Assembly: GCA_963667035.1 (NCBI GenBank) | Contig: OY762964.1 | Location: forward strand, 259,245-323,244 | Length of the DNA stretch: 64,000 nucleotides | Direction: 5' to 3' | Source of the DNA: Candidatus Cloacimonadales bacterium | GTDB taxonomy: Bacteria > Cloacimonadota > Cloacimonadia > Cloacimonadales > JAFGVF01 | In this document: positions 36,923 to 46,500 of the stretch, piece after piece | Position numbering within the stretch: the first letter of the stretch is position 1 | Layout: every line of letters starts with the position of its first letter | Notes under the pieces: model-generated | Seen by the model: the letters and a program-made list of their open reading frames with translations, nothing else | Database searches by the model: none | What the model was told of the DNA's origin: nothing | Made by a program: the position numbers and the translations under genes

Positions 36923-39703
36923 TTATTTTAAAAGCATAGCTTTTGTTACACCTTCGTAATCGGAAGTTTTCATACGTATGAAGTAAACACCACTTGAGAC
37001 GCTCTTACCTGATTCATCTTTCCCATCCCAATCAATCTGATGAAAACCTTTGTCATAATATCTATTAATTATGTCTCTAACCTTTTTCCCTCTAACATCA
37101 TAGATATTTATTATTACATTATCTCCCTCAGCAAGATTGAACGAAATCTTGGTTGAAGGGTTGAATGGGTTAGGGTAACAAGTATTAATAGCTGTTTCCT
37201 CAATAATGACCGGAGGTCCATCTTCATAATCTCCTTCTAGATTTGCTACAACAGGACCAAAGAGATGAGTTGTGCCATCTATGTCAACGCACTCTAACCA
37301 GTACCAGTAAGAATAACCTTCAAAAACTTCACTATCAGTGAATGAGTATGTCTTTTGAGTGTTCTGAACGCTTACCGGATTAGTAATCATGACATTGATT
37401 TTATCTGATAGTTCCCATTGTTCGGTTGCTGACCTATAAAGATAATATCCACTCACTCCGTTTTCTGTCTCAGTAATCCAAGTTATCGTTACATTTTTAT
37501 CTTCAGTACTTACTGCATTAAAGAATGAAAGTTCTACAGGTAATACGGATCCTTCAACAGCTTCACCTATTGGGAAATTGCCTTGTATACCATTATCATA
37601 TTCTCCTGATGCCGAAATGCCATCATTAGGTATTGTTGCTTTTATCACATGTCCCATTACCGCAGTATCACTTAATGATGCTGTAAAGAAAATGTAACTT
37701 TCAGTAGAAGTTATGACGGCAGATAAGCCTGTCCAAATCAGATTTGCATTAAAGTCTTTTGATGTACCTATTTGAGTAGCAGTTGAAGTGCTGAAGGTAG
37801 GATTGCTACTATGCCAAATCTTGAAAGATCCTGCATCAAAATCACTTGTAACAACACTACCAGATATATCAATGTCAAGTTGAGTTATACTGGTAGAACC
37901 GCAATTAGTGCTTAAATCTAACCTAAAATATGGACCTTGGGAACTATGCATAACATAATCTGAAGCATATCCTGTATAAACAGCAGGCTTTAGGTATTTC
38001 TCGGTGACTGTCAATCCGGTAAAAGAGATATCTTCATTCATGGTTATGTCACTACTATCAATTGAAAGTGATACATTGTCAGTATCATCAACAATATTAC
38101 TTAATCTCATTGCAACAAATACAAAGCCACCATTAGAATCAAATGATTGGTTGAGTCCGGTGAATGCTACTAAAGAACTGTATGGTTGGCCTGTTCCAAG
38201 TTGGCTATCAGAAGCAACATTAAAATTGGAGTCTGTACTATAGAAAAGACCAATCCCGGCAGAGTGGAAATCTGAAGCAGAAGCAGTTCCACTAAAGTTA
38301 ATATCTAATGCAGAAAGAGTAGCACTAGATGAGTTTGTCATTAAGTCTAAATATGCTATGGGTTGCCAATCACCTAAAGAGTAACCGTTTAACGGTTGTC
38401 CGGAATTTGTCTCGTACCCGGTTATTGTACATGTTACTGTTACTGCTACATAATGTACCATGCTACTAGTGAACGACGTAATACTATTACCGGCTCTATC
38501 GTGAAATTCGATTTGGAAATAATAATCAGTATCGTCTGTTAATGTATTAAAGCCTGTTACATTTTCAACTGATGTTGTGCTTGCAATTAAATTAGAACCA
38601 TCAAGAGTTATAGATTTAGCACCGGAAGTATAAATCCCATCCATTTGAACAGTAGATACTTCAACTAAAGAGGAATTAAGAATTTTTACATAAATTCCAT
38701 CATCAATGGATTGTTCATCCAAGTTAAAACTGATTGATATATCAGAGCCACTACCATCTAAAACAACTAATGAGGATGGGCGATTGATAGATGTATCATA
38801 TTGAAGTATATTCCAATCAGAGACTGCCTCAGTGTTTCCTGAAATATCCCTATAACCTATAGCAACATAATAAGTTGTTCCATTAGTTAAACTTGATGCT
38901 CCGGTAACACTATCAATATCACTATCACTAGTTGAAATCGAACTTGCATTTATCTCAAAAGTCCTTGCTCCTACAGCTTCATGAGCCGAAGATAACTCAA
39001 TTGTAGTTGACGGTGATGAACCATCGGAGTTAGTAGAAAAATATAGTTTTACACTATTAGCTAATGCAGCTTCAGTCAGTGAGTAGCTAATCCCAAGACT
39101 ACTATTATCATAAGTAGGGATAGTTGTACTTGAAGGTGTAGTTAATACAGGAGCTTCTGTTGAATTATCTATGACAGTTTCCAAATAACTTTGCCAACCT
39201 GCCTCCGGACTCCCAGATGTTAATGGGTATGAACCACTTATAGCAAAATGAGAAGAGTACCTTTGAGCATTATAGATATTGAAGTCACCATCTTCACCAT
39301 AAAATCCGAGCATCAATTGAAATGATTGTGCTCCGGTTACTATCGTTGGCATAGTAAATGAAAATTCTGCTGTTTTGTCAGTACCGGTTACACCAGTATA
39401 TGTGAAACCTGATATGTTTATTCCTACAGAAGAAATATAAGTCCCTGAAGAAGGGACACTACTACTGTACCAATATAATCTTACTTTATCAAGATTAGTA
39501 GAACTAAAGTATGGTCCTAATATCGACTCCATCAAGACAGGATCATATTGTACTTTGACACTAATCTGTTCGCCAGCTTCAGCTCCAAAATCAGTGGTGC
39601 CTTCGCTACCATGCATACCAATCCAGTCCAGACTAATGGATTGAGCGTAAACACTACCTATAAATACAAGGAGTATAATAACAAACAAATACCCTTTCTT
39701 CAT
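36923..39703 (-). CDS. 926-aa secreted repeat protein with T9SS C-terminal sorting domain
   Basis: Signal peptide ..IGSVYAQS, internally duplicated Ser/Thr-rich beta domains, C-terminus SGVYFIRMKTSDYEGVTKAMLLK. AGGAAGG RBS. Confidence 0.7.
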   Translation of the reverse strand: MKKGYLFVIILLVFIGSVYAQSISLDWIGMHGSEGTTDFGAEAGEQISVKVQYDPVLMESILGPYFSSTNLDKVRLYWYSSSVPSSGTYISSVGINISGFTYTGVTGTDKTAEFSFTMPTIVTGAQSFQLMLGFYGEDGDFNIYNAQRYSSHFAISGSYPLTSGSPEAGWQSYLETVIDNSTEAPVLTTPSSTTIPTYDNSSLGISYSLTEAALANSVKLYFSTNSDGSSPSTTIELSSAHEAVGARTFEINASSISTSDSDIDSVTGASSLTNGTTYYVAIGYRDISGNTEAVSDWNILQYDTSINRPSSLVVLDGSGSDISISFNLDEQSIDDGIYVKILNSSLVEVSTVQMDGIYTSGAKSITLDGSNLIASTTSVENVTGFNTLTDDTDYYFQIEFHDRAGNSITSFTSSMVHYVAVTVTCTITGYETNSGQPLNGYSLGDWQPIAYLDLMTNSSSATLSALDINFSGTASASDFHSAGIGLFYSTDSNFNVASDSQLGTGQPYSSLVAFTGLNQSFDSNGGFVFVAMRLSNIVDDTDNVSLSIDSSDITMNEDISFTGLTVTEKYLKPAVYTGYASDYVMHSSQGPYFRLDLSTNCGSTSITQLDIDISGSVVTSDFDAGSFKIWHSSNPTFSTSTATQIGTSKDFNANLIWTGLSAVITSTESYIFFTASLSDTAVMGHVIKATIPNDGISASGEYDNGIQGNFPIGEAVEGSVLPVELSFFNAVSTEDKNVTITWITETENGVSGYYLYRSATEQWELSDKINVMITNPVSVQNTQKTYSFTDSEVFEGYSYWYWLECVDIDGTTHLFGPVVANLEGDYEDGPPVIIEETAINTCYPNPFNPSTKISFNLAEGDNVIINIYDVRGKKVRDIINRYYDKGFHQIDWDGKDESGKSVSSGVYFIRMKTSDYEGVTKAMLLK

Positions 39704-39947
39704 ACGCTTACCTTCCTTTTATTTATCACTTTAATATTATTCAAAAATCATTTCTCGCACATGTTAAAACATAATAATCAATATTTCTACCAAATCAACC
39801 TAATTCTTCCGAGAAATTTTGCCAAGTATTTTCTTTTTTTTCAAATTTTACAGAAACTTAACCAACATTAAGAAGCCTTTATATGTTGATGTAGCTATTT
39901 TTACTTTACATATTACTAAGTATTTTTTGTTTGATACTGAGGTGATT

Positions 39948-40835
39948 ATGTATATATTTCTAGTTTATAATAATGGAGCAGGAAATCTAAAAGCTAAGAA
40001 GCTATTTAATAGGGTAACAGAATTGTTAAGTATTCATGAAATTACTTATGATTTGTTCATTCCAAGGTACCATAAGCACGCAATTGATGAAGTACAATAT
40101 AAAGAATTATCTAATTATGATGCGATTATCGCTGCCGGAGGGGATGGGACAATTTTCGAAGTAGTTAATGGTTACATGGCTAACTCATGTTTAACTAAGC
40201 CTCCATTAGGTTTTATACCCCTTGGTACAGGGAATGCTTTTACCAGAGAATTTTTTTCCGATGATAAATCTTGGGAAAAAGCGATTAAAGTGATTGCAAA
40301 CAATAACATAAAGTATATTGATGTTATGAGAGCTACAAATTATAAACGGAGTTTTTACTTTGTTGGAGTCATGGGATTTGGATTATTAACACTAGCTACA
40401 AGTATGGGAACGCCACTAAAAAAAATTGGACCATTAAGCTATGTCATCGCAGGAATTTTTGCTTTGCTGTTACAAAAAAGTATTGAATTGGAGTTATCAA
40501 TTGATAACGAGATAATCAAGACAACTTCCTTACTTTTGTGTTGCTCAAATACACAATACATTTCAAATTTGTTAATTGCACCTAAAGCATCTCATCAGGA
40601 CGGTCTTATTGATGTAGTAAATGTGAAGAATATGAGCAGATCAAAACTGCTTGGTTTAATTCCACTTGCGTTTTCCGGAAAACATGTTAACAGAAGTGAA
40701 GTGGAGTATTACAAAGCTGAAAGAGTTGCGATTGTCTCAAAACCTAAAATTATTCCTTCTCCGGATGGAGAGTTTGTTGAGAAAACTCCTATAAGTATTG
40801 AATGCTTAAAACAAATTCTTCCGGTGTTAGTCTAG
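39948..40835 (+). CDS. diacylglycerol/lipid kinase family protein (YegS/LCB5-like)
   Basis: AAGGDGTIFEVVNG and PLGTGNAF motifs. Start set at the ATG at 39948 (GAGGTGA RBS); the upstream extension is a low-complexity promoter region. Confidence 0.8.
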   Translation: MYIFLVYNNGAGNLKAKKLFNRVTELLSIHEITYDLFIPRYHKHAIDEVQYKELSNYDAIIAAGGDGTIFEVVNGYMANSCLTKPPLGFIPLGTGNAFTREFFSDDKSWEKAIKVIANNNIKYIDVMRATNYKRSFYFVGVMGFGLLTLATSMGTPLKKIGPLSYVIAGIFALLLQKSIELELSIDNEIIKTTSLLLCCSNTQYISNLLIAPKASHQDGLIDVVNVKNMSRSKLLGLIPLAFSGKHVNRSEVEYYKAERVAIVSKPKIIPSPDGEFVEKTPISIECLKQILPVLV

Positions 40836-41617
40836 CTTGTTATTACAACTTCTAAAATTCTAAAGAACTCATCTTTTGCTTCTTTTTCTCTCCAAGGATC
40901 ATGTCCACAATTCTCTAATAGATAGAATTCATAATCCAAATCAGTCTCAAATAGAGGAAAATATACCCCTTCCCATGGATGGGGATCCCAATCACCATGG
41001 ATAGCAATAATTTTACACTTTACTTGTAGCAACTTACTTATTAGTTTACCACTCTCTCTTAAAGCTGATGCTTCTCCCCAGACTTTAGTATGAATCTCAA
41101 AATTGAAGCCTTTGTCTTGAAATTTTTCTTCTAGTGGATTATAATTATCGTTCATACATAAATATGAAGCATATTCCATGAACAATTTATCTTTAGCCTC
41201 ATTTGGCAATGTTGCCATTTTTTCTTGTATTTTTTCAATTGCTTGTTTATCTTCATCTGTCAATCTTGAGATTCTTGTTGGTGTTATAGATTTGGCATAA
41301 GAACACTGGAAAGGTCCACTACCAACTAAAATAAGCTTGTAAGTTAGTTCTGGATATTTCGCAGATAATAGGATAATCAACCAAGCCCCCCAAGAATGTC
41401 CAATTAACACAACAGGAATCTCTGCATATTGTTTAATTAAAGATGCTAATTCCTCAATTTGAGAATCGATACTAAACTTGGTCTGGATTGCTTCAATCAC
41501 ACCAAACCGTTGTTTTAAAGCATCAGCTATTGCTTCTAATCCTCCATTAGCTCCAGGTCCTCCATGAACAAGAATAACCTTGTATGGCATACTCCCATGT
41601 AATATCACATTACCCAT
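40832..41617 (-). CDS. alpha/beta hydrolase
   Basis: Nucleophile elbow LIGHSWGAW and C-terminal CGHDPW histidine region. Confidence 0.7.
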   Translation of the reverse strand: MGNVILHGSMPYKVILVHGGPGANGGLEAIADALKQRFGVIEAIQTKFSIDSQIEELASLIKQYAEIPVVLIGHSWGAWLIILLSAKYPELTYKLILVGSGPFQCSYAKSITPTRISRLTDEDKQAIEKIQEKMATLPNEAKDKLFMEYASYLCMNDNYNPLEEKFQDKGFNFEIHTKVWGEASALRESGKLISKLLQVKCKIIAIHGDWDPHPWEGVYFPLFETDLDYEFYLLENCGHDPWREKEAKDEFFRILEVVITS

Positions 41618-41699
41618 AACTTATCACCTTTTTACAGATTTTCATTGCCAGAGTTATAATTCTTGTAATAATGCATTTTGAAAAGGAATTTATTATATC

Positions 41700-42779
41700 A
41701 TGGTTTTTAGTTATTATCTCATAAAAATACCGTATTGCATAGCATGGTATACTCTTAGAATATTCAGACGTAAAAGAAAAGGTTACTTTTATTGTGGCGA
41801 TTTATTTGATATTGAGATTTTCAAATCTGTAAGCAAGTTTTTAGCAACAATTCCGGTAATTGCGAAAAACAAGAAAGTTAAAGAACAGCTTTCTAAAATG
41901 GGTATTAACTCTATATTACTTCCTCGCTTTCCCGATTATGTTATTATGACTAGACATGCTGCCCATAAATTTCCTTGTAATAGAATTACTCGCATTGGAA
42001 TGCGGCATGGTCCATATCATTTCAAAAATTATACTAATGCATCTAACTATAACATGTTTGATGTATACTTTATGACTAGTCCTGAGGATGTTAGAATTGG
42101 CTCTAAAAAAGGAATTAAGAGTGCTATCGGAGTCGGCTACCCTAAACTTGATTGTGCTTTCGATGGAACTTATACTCAGGATTATCTAGATTCCATAAGG
42201 CAAGAGTATTGTTTGGTTAAGCATAAACCTACCGTACTTTTTTCTGCTACATGGGAAGGATCCGGTATGTCAGCAATTGATAGATGGGCTAATAAATTAT
42301 CATCACTCACTTCAAAATACAATGTGCTTGTTACTCTACACCCTTGGGTAAGTGATAACTATCGTGAAATTATCTCTTTAACTGAGGGGGTTGTTGTAAT
42401 TGAAGATAATGATCTAGTGCCTTGGATTATGATTTCTGATATATGTGTAGGTGATACATCTTCAGTTCTTGCTGAGTTTTCAGCATTAAACAAACCAGTT
42501 ATTACTTTTAAAGTACAACGAGCAAATAGACTTACTGAAGAGATAATCAAACTACTTGACTTCTTCACATATAGAGTAGACACTTTTGATGAGTTACGAA
42601 TAAAATTAAGAGAAGTTATTCATACTGATAATTTAGATCAAGCAAGAATTCAAGCTAATAGGATAATGTTCAATCATTTGGATGGCTCAGCAGGATTAAG
42701 GATAGCTTCAACTATTGTTAAGTTAATACCTGAGTTAAAACTTCCACAGATTGATTATTACTTGGAAAATGTTGATTGA
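41700..42779 (+). CDS. CDP-glycerol glycerophosphotransferase (TagB/TagF)-like protein
   Basis: VLFSATWEG, TLHPW and GDTSSVLAEFSALNKPVI resemble the ILYAPTxR / HP / DxSSxxxDF pattern of the TagF family. No clear RBS at 41700, so the start is uncertain. Confidence 0.5.
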   Translation: MVFSYYLIKIPYCIAWYTLRIFRRKRKGYFYCGDLFDIEIFKSVSKFLATIPVIAKNKKVKEQLSKMGINSILLPRFPDYVIMTRHAAHKFPCNRITRIGMRHGPYHFKNYTNASNYNMFDVYFMTSPEDVRIGSKKGIKSAIGVGYPKLDCAFDGTYTQDYLDSIRQEYCLVKHKPTVLFSATWEGSGMSAIDRWANKLSSLTSKYNVLVTLHPWVSDNYREIISLTEGVVVIEDNDLVPWIMISDICVGDTSSVLAEFSALNKPVITFKVQRANRLTEEIIKLLDFFTYRVDTFDELRIKLREVIHTDNLDQARIQANRIMFNHLDGSAGLRIASTIVKLIPELKLPQIDYYLENVD

Positions 42780-43452
42780 TTCACATTGCCATTTGTCCCA
42801 TTTCGATAATCTTGATATTATTCTTCAAGATGCATATAGAAATGGAGTTAAGAAGATTGTTACTAATGCATTGAATGAAAAAGAACTGATAGAATGTGAT
42901 AACTCCTATGGTATAGAAATTGTTCAGTATGCAGGAGTACATCCTTACTCCAGGGATATGTATAAGAGCTTGTTTGATAAACTTCCAGAATTGATTGAAT
43001 TAAAGAAGATAAGGGGAATAGGAGAGGTCGGACTGGATTCTAGAGATAATAATCCGGCTTTTCAAAAAGAGTTATTGTGTAATCAATTGGATATAGCAGT
43101 TCAATATGATATTCCTGTTTCATTTCATTGTGTTAGGAAATATTATGAGTTAGCCGGGATTATTAAAAAGAGTTTCCCCAATGTAAGAGGTACACTTCAC
43201 GGGTTTATAGGAAGCAAAGAAATTACTGATTTGTTTTTTCCATACAACATAAGATTTGGTATACATCCGGGAGTTCTTAGTTCAAGAAAAACACTTAGAC
43301 AGTTATTATCATTATCAATTGCTAAAAAGCTATCTCTTGAAACAGATGCTCCATATTCTCATCATAAGAATTATCAAATGGACATTATCCCATATACTAC
43401 ATTAAAACGATTTTGTTCACATTTATCTAGTGAATACGGTATCAACATCTGA
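42769..43452 (+). CDS. TatD family metal-dependent hydrolase
   Basis: MLIDSHCHL start, EVGLD and SFHCV motifs. The ATG at 42769 overlaps the upstream gene by 11 nt. Confidence 0.8.
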   Translation: MLIDSHCHLSHFDNLDIILQDAYRNGVKKIVTNALNEKELIECDNSYGIEIVQYAGVHPYSRDMYKSLFDKLPELIELKKIRGIGEVGLDSRDNNPAFQKELLCNQLDIAVQYDIPVSFHCVRKYYELAGIIKKSFPNVRGTLHGFIGSKEITDLFFPYNIRFGIHPGVLSSRKTLRQLLSLSIAKKLSLETDAPYSHHKNYQMDIIPYTTLKRFCSHLSSEYGINI

Positions 43453-43469
43453 TATGTTAATGCATAATT

Positions 43470-43505
43470 ATAAAAGCCCCTGATTTTCAGGGGCTTTATT
43501 TATTT
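43470..43505. terminator. bidirectional rho-independent terminator between convergent genes
   Basis: Stem AAAGCCCCTGA / TCAGGGGCTTT with a TTT loop, flanked by A-rich and T-rich tracts on both sides. Confidence 0.7.
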
Positions 43506-43518
43506 AGACGATTTTAGA

Positions 43519-46500
43519 CTACTTTATAAGTATCATCTTTCGTGATTTAGTATAAGTTCCAGAATGCATTTTATAGAAATAAACACCACTGGATACTTGT
43601 TTCCCGTTATTATCGATACCATTCCATACAACACTATGATGACCAGCATTGAAATCACCGTCAGCCACAGTTGCTATTCTCTGACCTTTGATATTATAAA
43701 CATCAATTGTTACAGGTGAGTTTTCTTTAAGGTCGAAGTTAATGGTGGTTTCCGGATTGAATGGGTTAGGATAGTTACCACATAGGGCTGTTCTATCTGG
43801 GATAGCAACTTGTCCGTGTGAATCAAGTGTTGCACCGTTATTCATAACTTCAATATCATCGATCATTAGGAAGAATGTTTCATCGGATATACAGTGGAAA
43901 GCAACACGAATCAGTTGAGTGGCATAATTATCAAGTTCGATATGATGCAGACTCCATTCTTGAGATGCTTCGATTGGAGAATCTCCAGAAATAACTGTGA
44001 AGTCCTCAGGTTCATTTCCTCCGTTAGAGATTGCTACTTCAATAAGTTCAGGTCCAAACTGAGTTGTATATGAACGAACTTTGAAGTTAAGATAAGCAGT
44101 CTCATTGGTTAACTGAATCTTAGGAGTGATTAACCAGTCATCATTAGGACCGGATTCTGCAGAGAAGCAAGCCCCGTATTTATCTCCACTAAATGCATCA
44201 GCAAATTGTAGTGGTGGAGTTGTACTACTTGGATTGAATATGATAAATGACATTGGGTCAGTATCACCAGGGAATGAAATTCCGTTAGTAAAGCCAAATG
44301 TATCTTCTCCATCAACATCAAGAAGAGTCCAGTATTGCATAGAAGTTGCAAAATCATCATAGCTTTCGAAATCTTCTGCTATAATAGGAGGATCAACTCC
44401 TATAAATGTTACCATCACTGAATCACTGGCTACAGATTCGCCGGCAGGTGCTGAGTATATGGCTGTTATCTTGTATTCATATGTTTCATCAATTACTGGT
44501 GTTGTGTCAAGATAGAATAAAGATGTAACAGGATCAGTATTTATGATCGAATCATCACGGTAGACATTGTAACCTTCAAGCTGTCTTGTTGCCGGGATAG
44601 GAGCTCCCCAAGTAAGATTAACTCCTTGATAAGTAATTGTATAGGCTAGATTTATCGGTTCATCAAATCCGGAAGGTCTAACAGGATTATCTGTTGAAAT
44701 CCAAAGTTTGTAATCTCCTGTACTCCAACGAGTAGTTGGTTCTGTTGGTTCAGGATGCTGTTCCAATATTTGATTATCTTTAGCCTTAGCTTTATTTATA
44801 GAGGAAGTTAATGTATTCTTATTACTACCAGCAAAACTATCATTTTTCGAAACTCTAACCTCTTCTTCTTCCGGTGAGTTATCGCTTCTGGCAATTCTGA
44901 GATAATAGAAACCGGAGGCTTCTGTATCGTCCGGTACATTATATACAATATGAGGATTCATATTATCATTCCAACTATCATCATCAAAATCTACTGCCGA
45001 GAATTCATCTATGTCCATATTAGCTTCATCATAAGGACCATACAAGAATGCTGCTAAATCAATTGTTGAACCATTAGCGTTCTCGGTATGGATATCCAGT
45101 TCAGCAGGGGCTGTTTGCCAGAATACATACCAATCAACATCTGTTTCTGGCTGAATAATTGCTTCATATTCCTCTACAAGGTCATCGTATAAAGCAAATT
45201 CAATCGCTTGAGTTGATGAATCGTTGGTATCTTGAACAAATCCGTAACCATGAAGAGATATCTCGTACGTATTACGAACTTCTTCTTCAGGAACAAAGTC
45301 ATCTACAATAGTCAACATTCCTGTTTTATGACCTACAGATGTAGGAGAAAAAACTATGTCCATTGTTGCTTGGGTTCCTTGAGCTATACTCAAAGGATAA
45401 GTATTATTGTCAGTAATCTCGAATTGATCGATATCATCTCCGGTTAGTGTAGGTTGATTGGCTATCACTATAGTAGTATCAGTAAAGTTACGCATCCTCA
45501 GTTGGAATACATCTGAATCATCGTTTACTGTCACAACATTAAACTCAATGTCAGTTGGTATCATCAAGCCGTTTCCTCCATCGGAAAGATCGCCTGGTGT
45601 CTGTGCATAGCAAATAGCCATTGGATCATTGATAGGACCACCAACACCGTTATTTCTATATTGATGTCCGATTGTACCGTCTGCATTTTCAATTCCTACA
45701 CAAGTATCTCCGATAATGGAATTTAAATCTATATCTCCATTAGGGTTAACATAGTTACGATATTGAATTTTAATTCTTCCACTCTGATAAAGGATAACCT
45801 GAACGTCTATATACTCAGCAGGGTCATTGTAATCATCATACATTAAGGCTGTATATACAAAATTACCCTCTTCATCATTACCATAAGTAAGAGTAGATGG
45901 AATATCCTCCGGATCAGAGTCCATAGCCAAGAATGCTATTAAATCATTAGGAGCTTCACTATTAGGTATTGCTAGATTGGTATGTGCAACATGATTAGAA
46001 TTATAATTAGAGAACTGTATTGTTCCATTAGAACAAATTGATAGTTCTGTGTAGTCATTTCCAAAGAAGTTAAAAGTAAATCCAATAGGAACAGTCCAAT
46101 AGCCATCATCGTAGCTTCCTGTCGTTATATTTGCACCATTAAGAGTTGTTTCATTATCCGATATTTCAACCCATTCAAATAGCGGCTGATGTCCAAGTCC
46201 ATTACCGGCATCAGTACTATTGGCAAAGTAATAACCTCCATATAAAGTACCATCTCCGCCATAGTTCTGATTAGAGTTAGTAGTAAATGACCAGATAGGA
46301 CAATTTATTGCATCTCCAACAAAGTTGTAAGGAACAATTTGCCAGTAATATGTTGTTTCGAACTGAAGAGGTGTGGTAACTTCATATGAGGTAACTAAAC
46401 CTAAATCCAAGCCGTTATTAATATCGGTTGGAGGATTATCTGATCCCAAGTATAGTTTGTATCCGTCAGGGAAGTTATCAGCAGGATTCCATGATAGTGT

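Noticed and set aside
39819-39947. Upstream extension of the lipid kinase ORF (MPSIFFFFKFYRNL...)
   Set aside because: It is translated from a T-rich divergent promoter region. A GAGGTGA RBS precedes the ATG at 39948, and the kinase family normally starts there.
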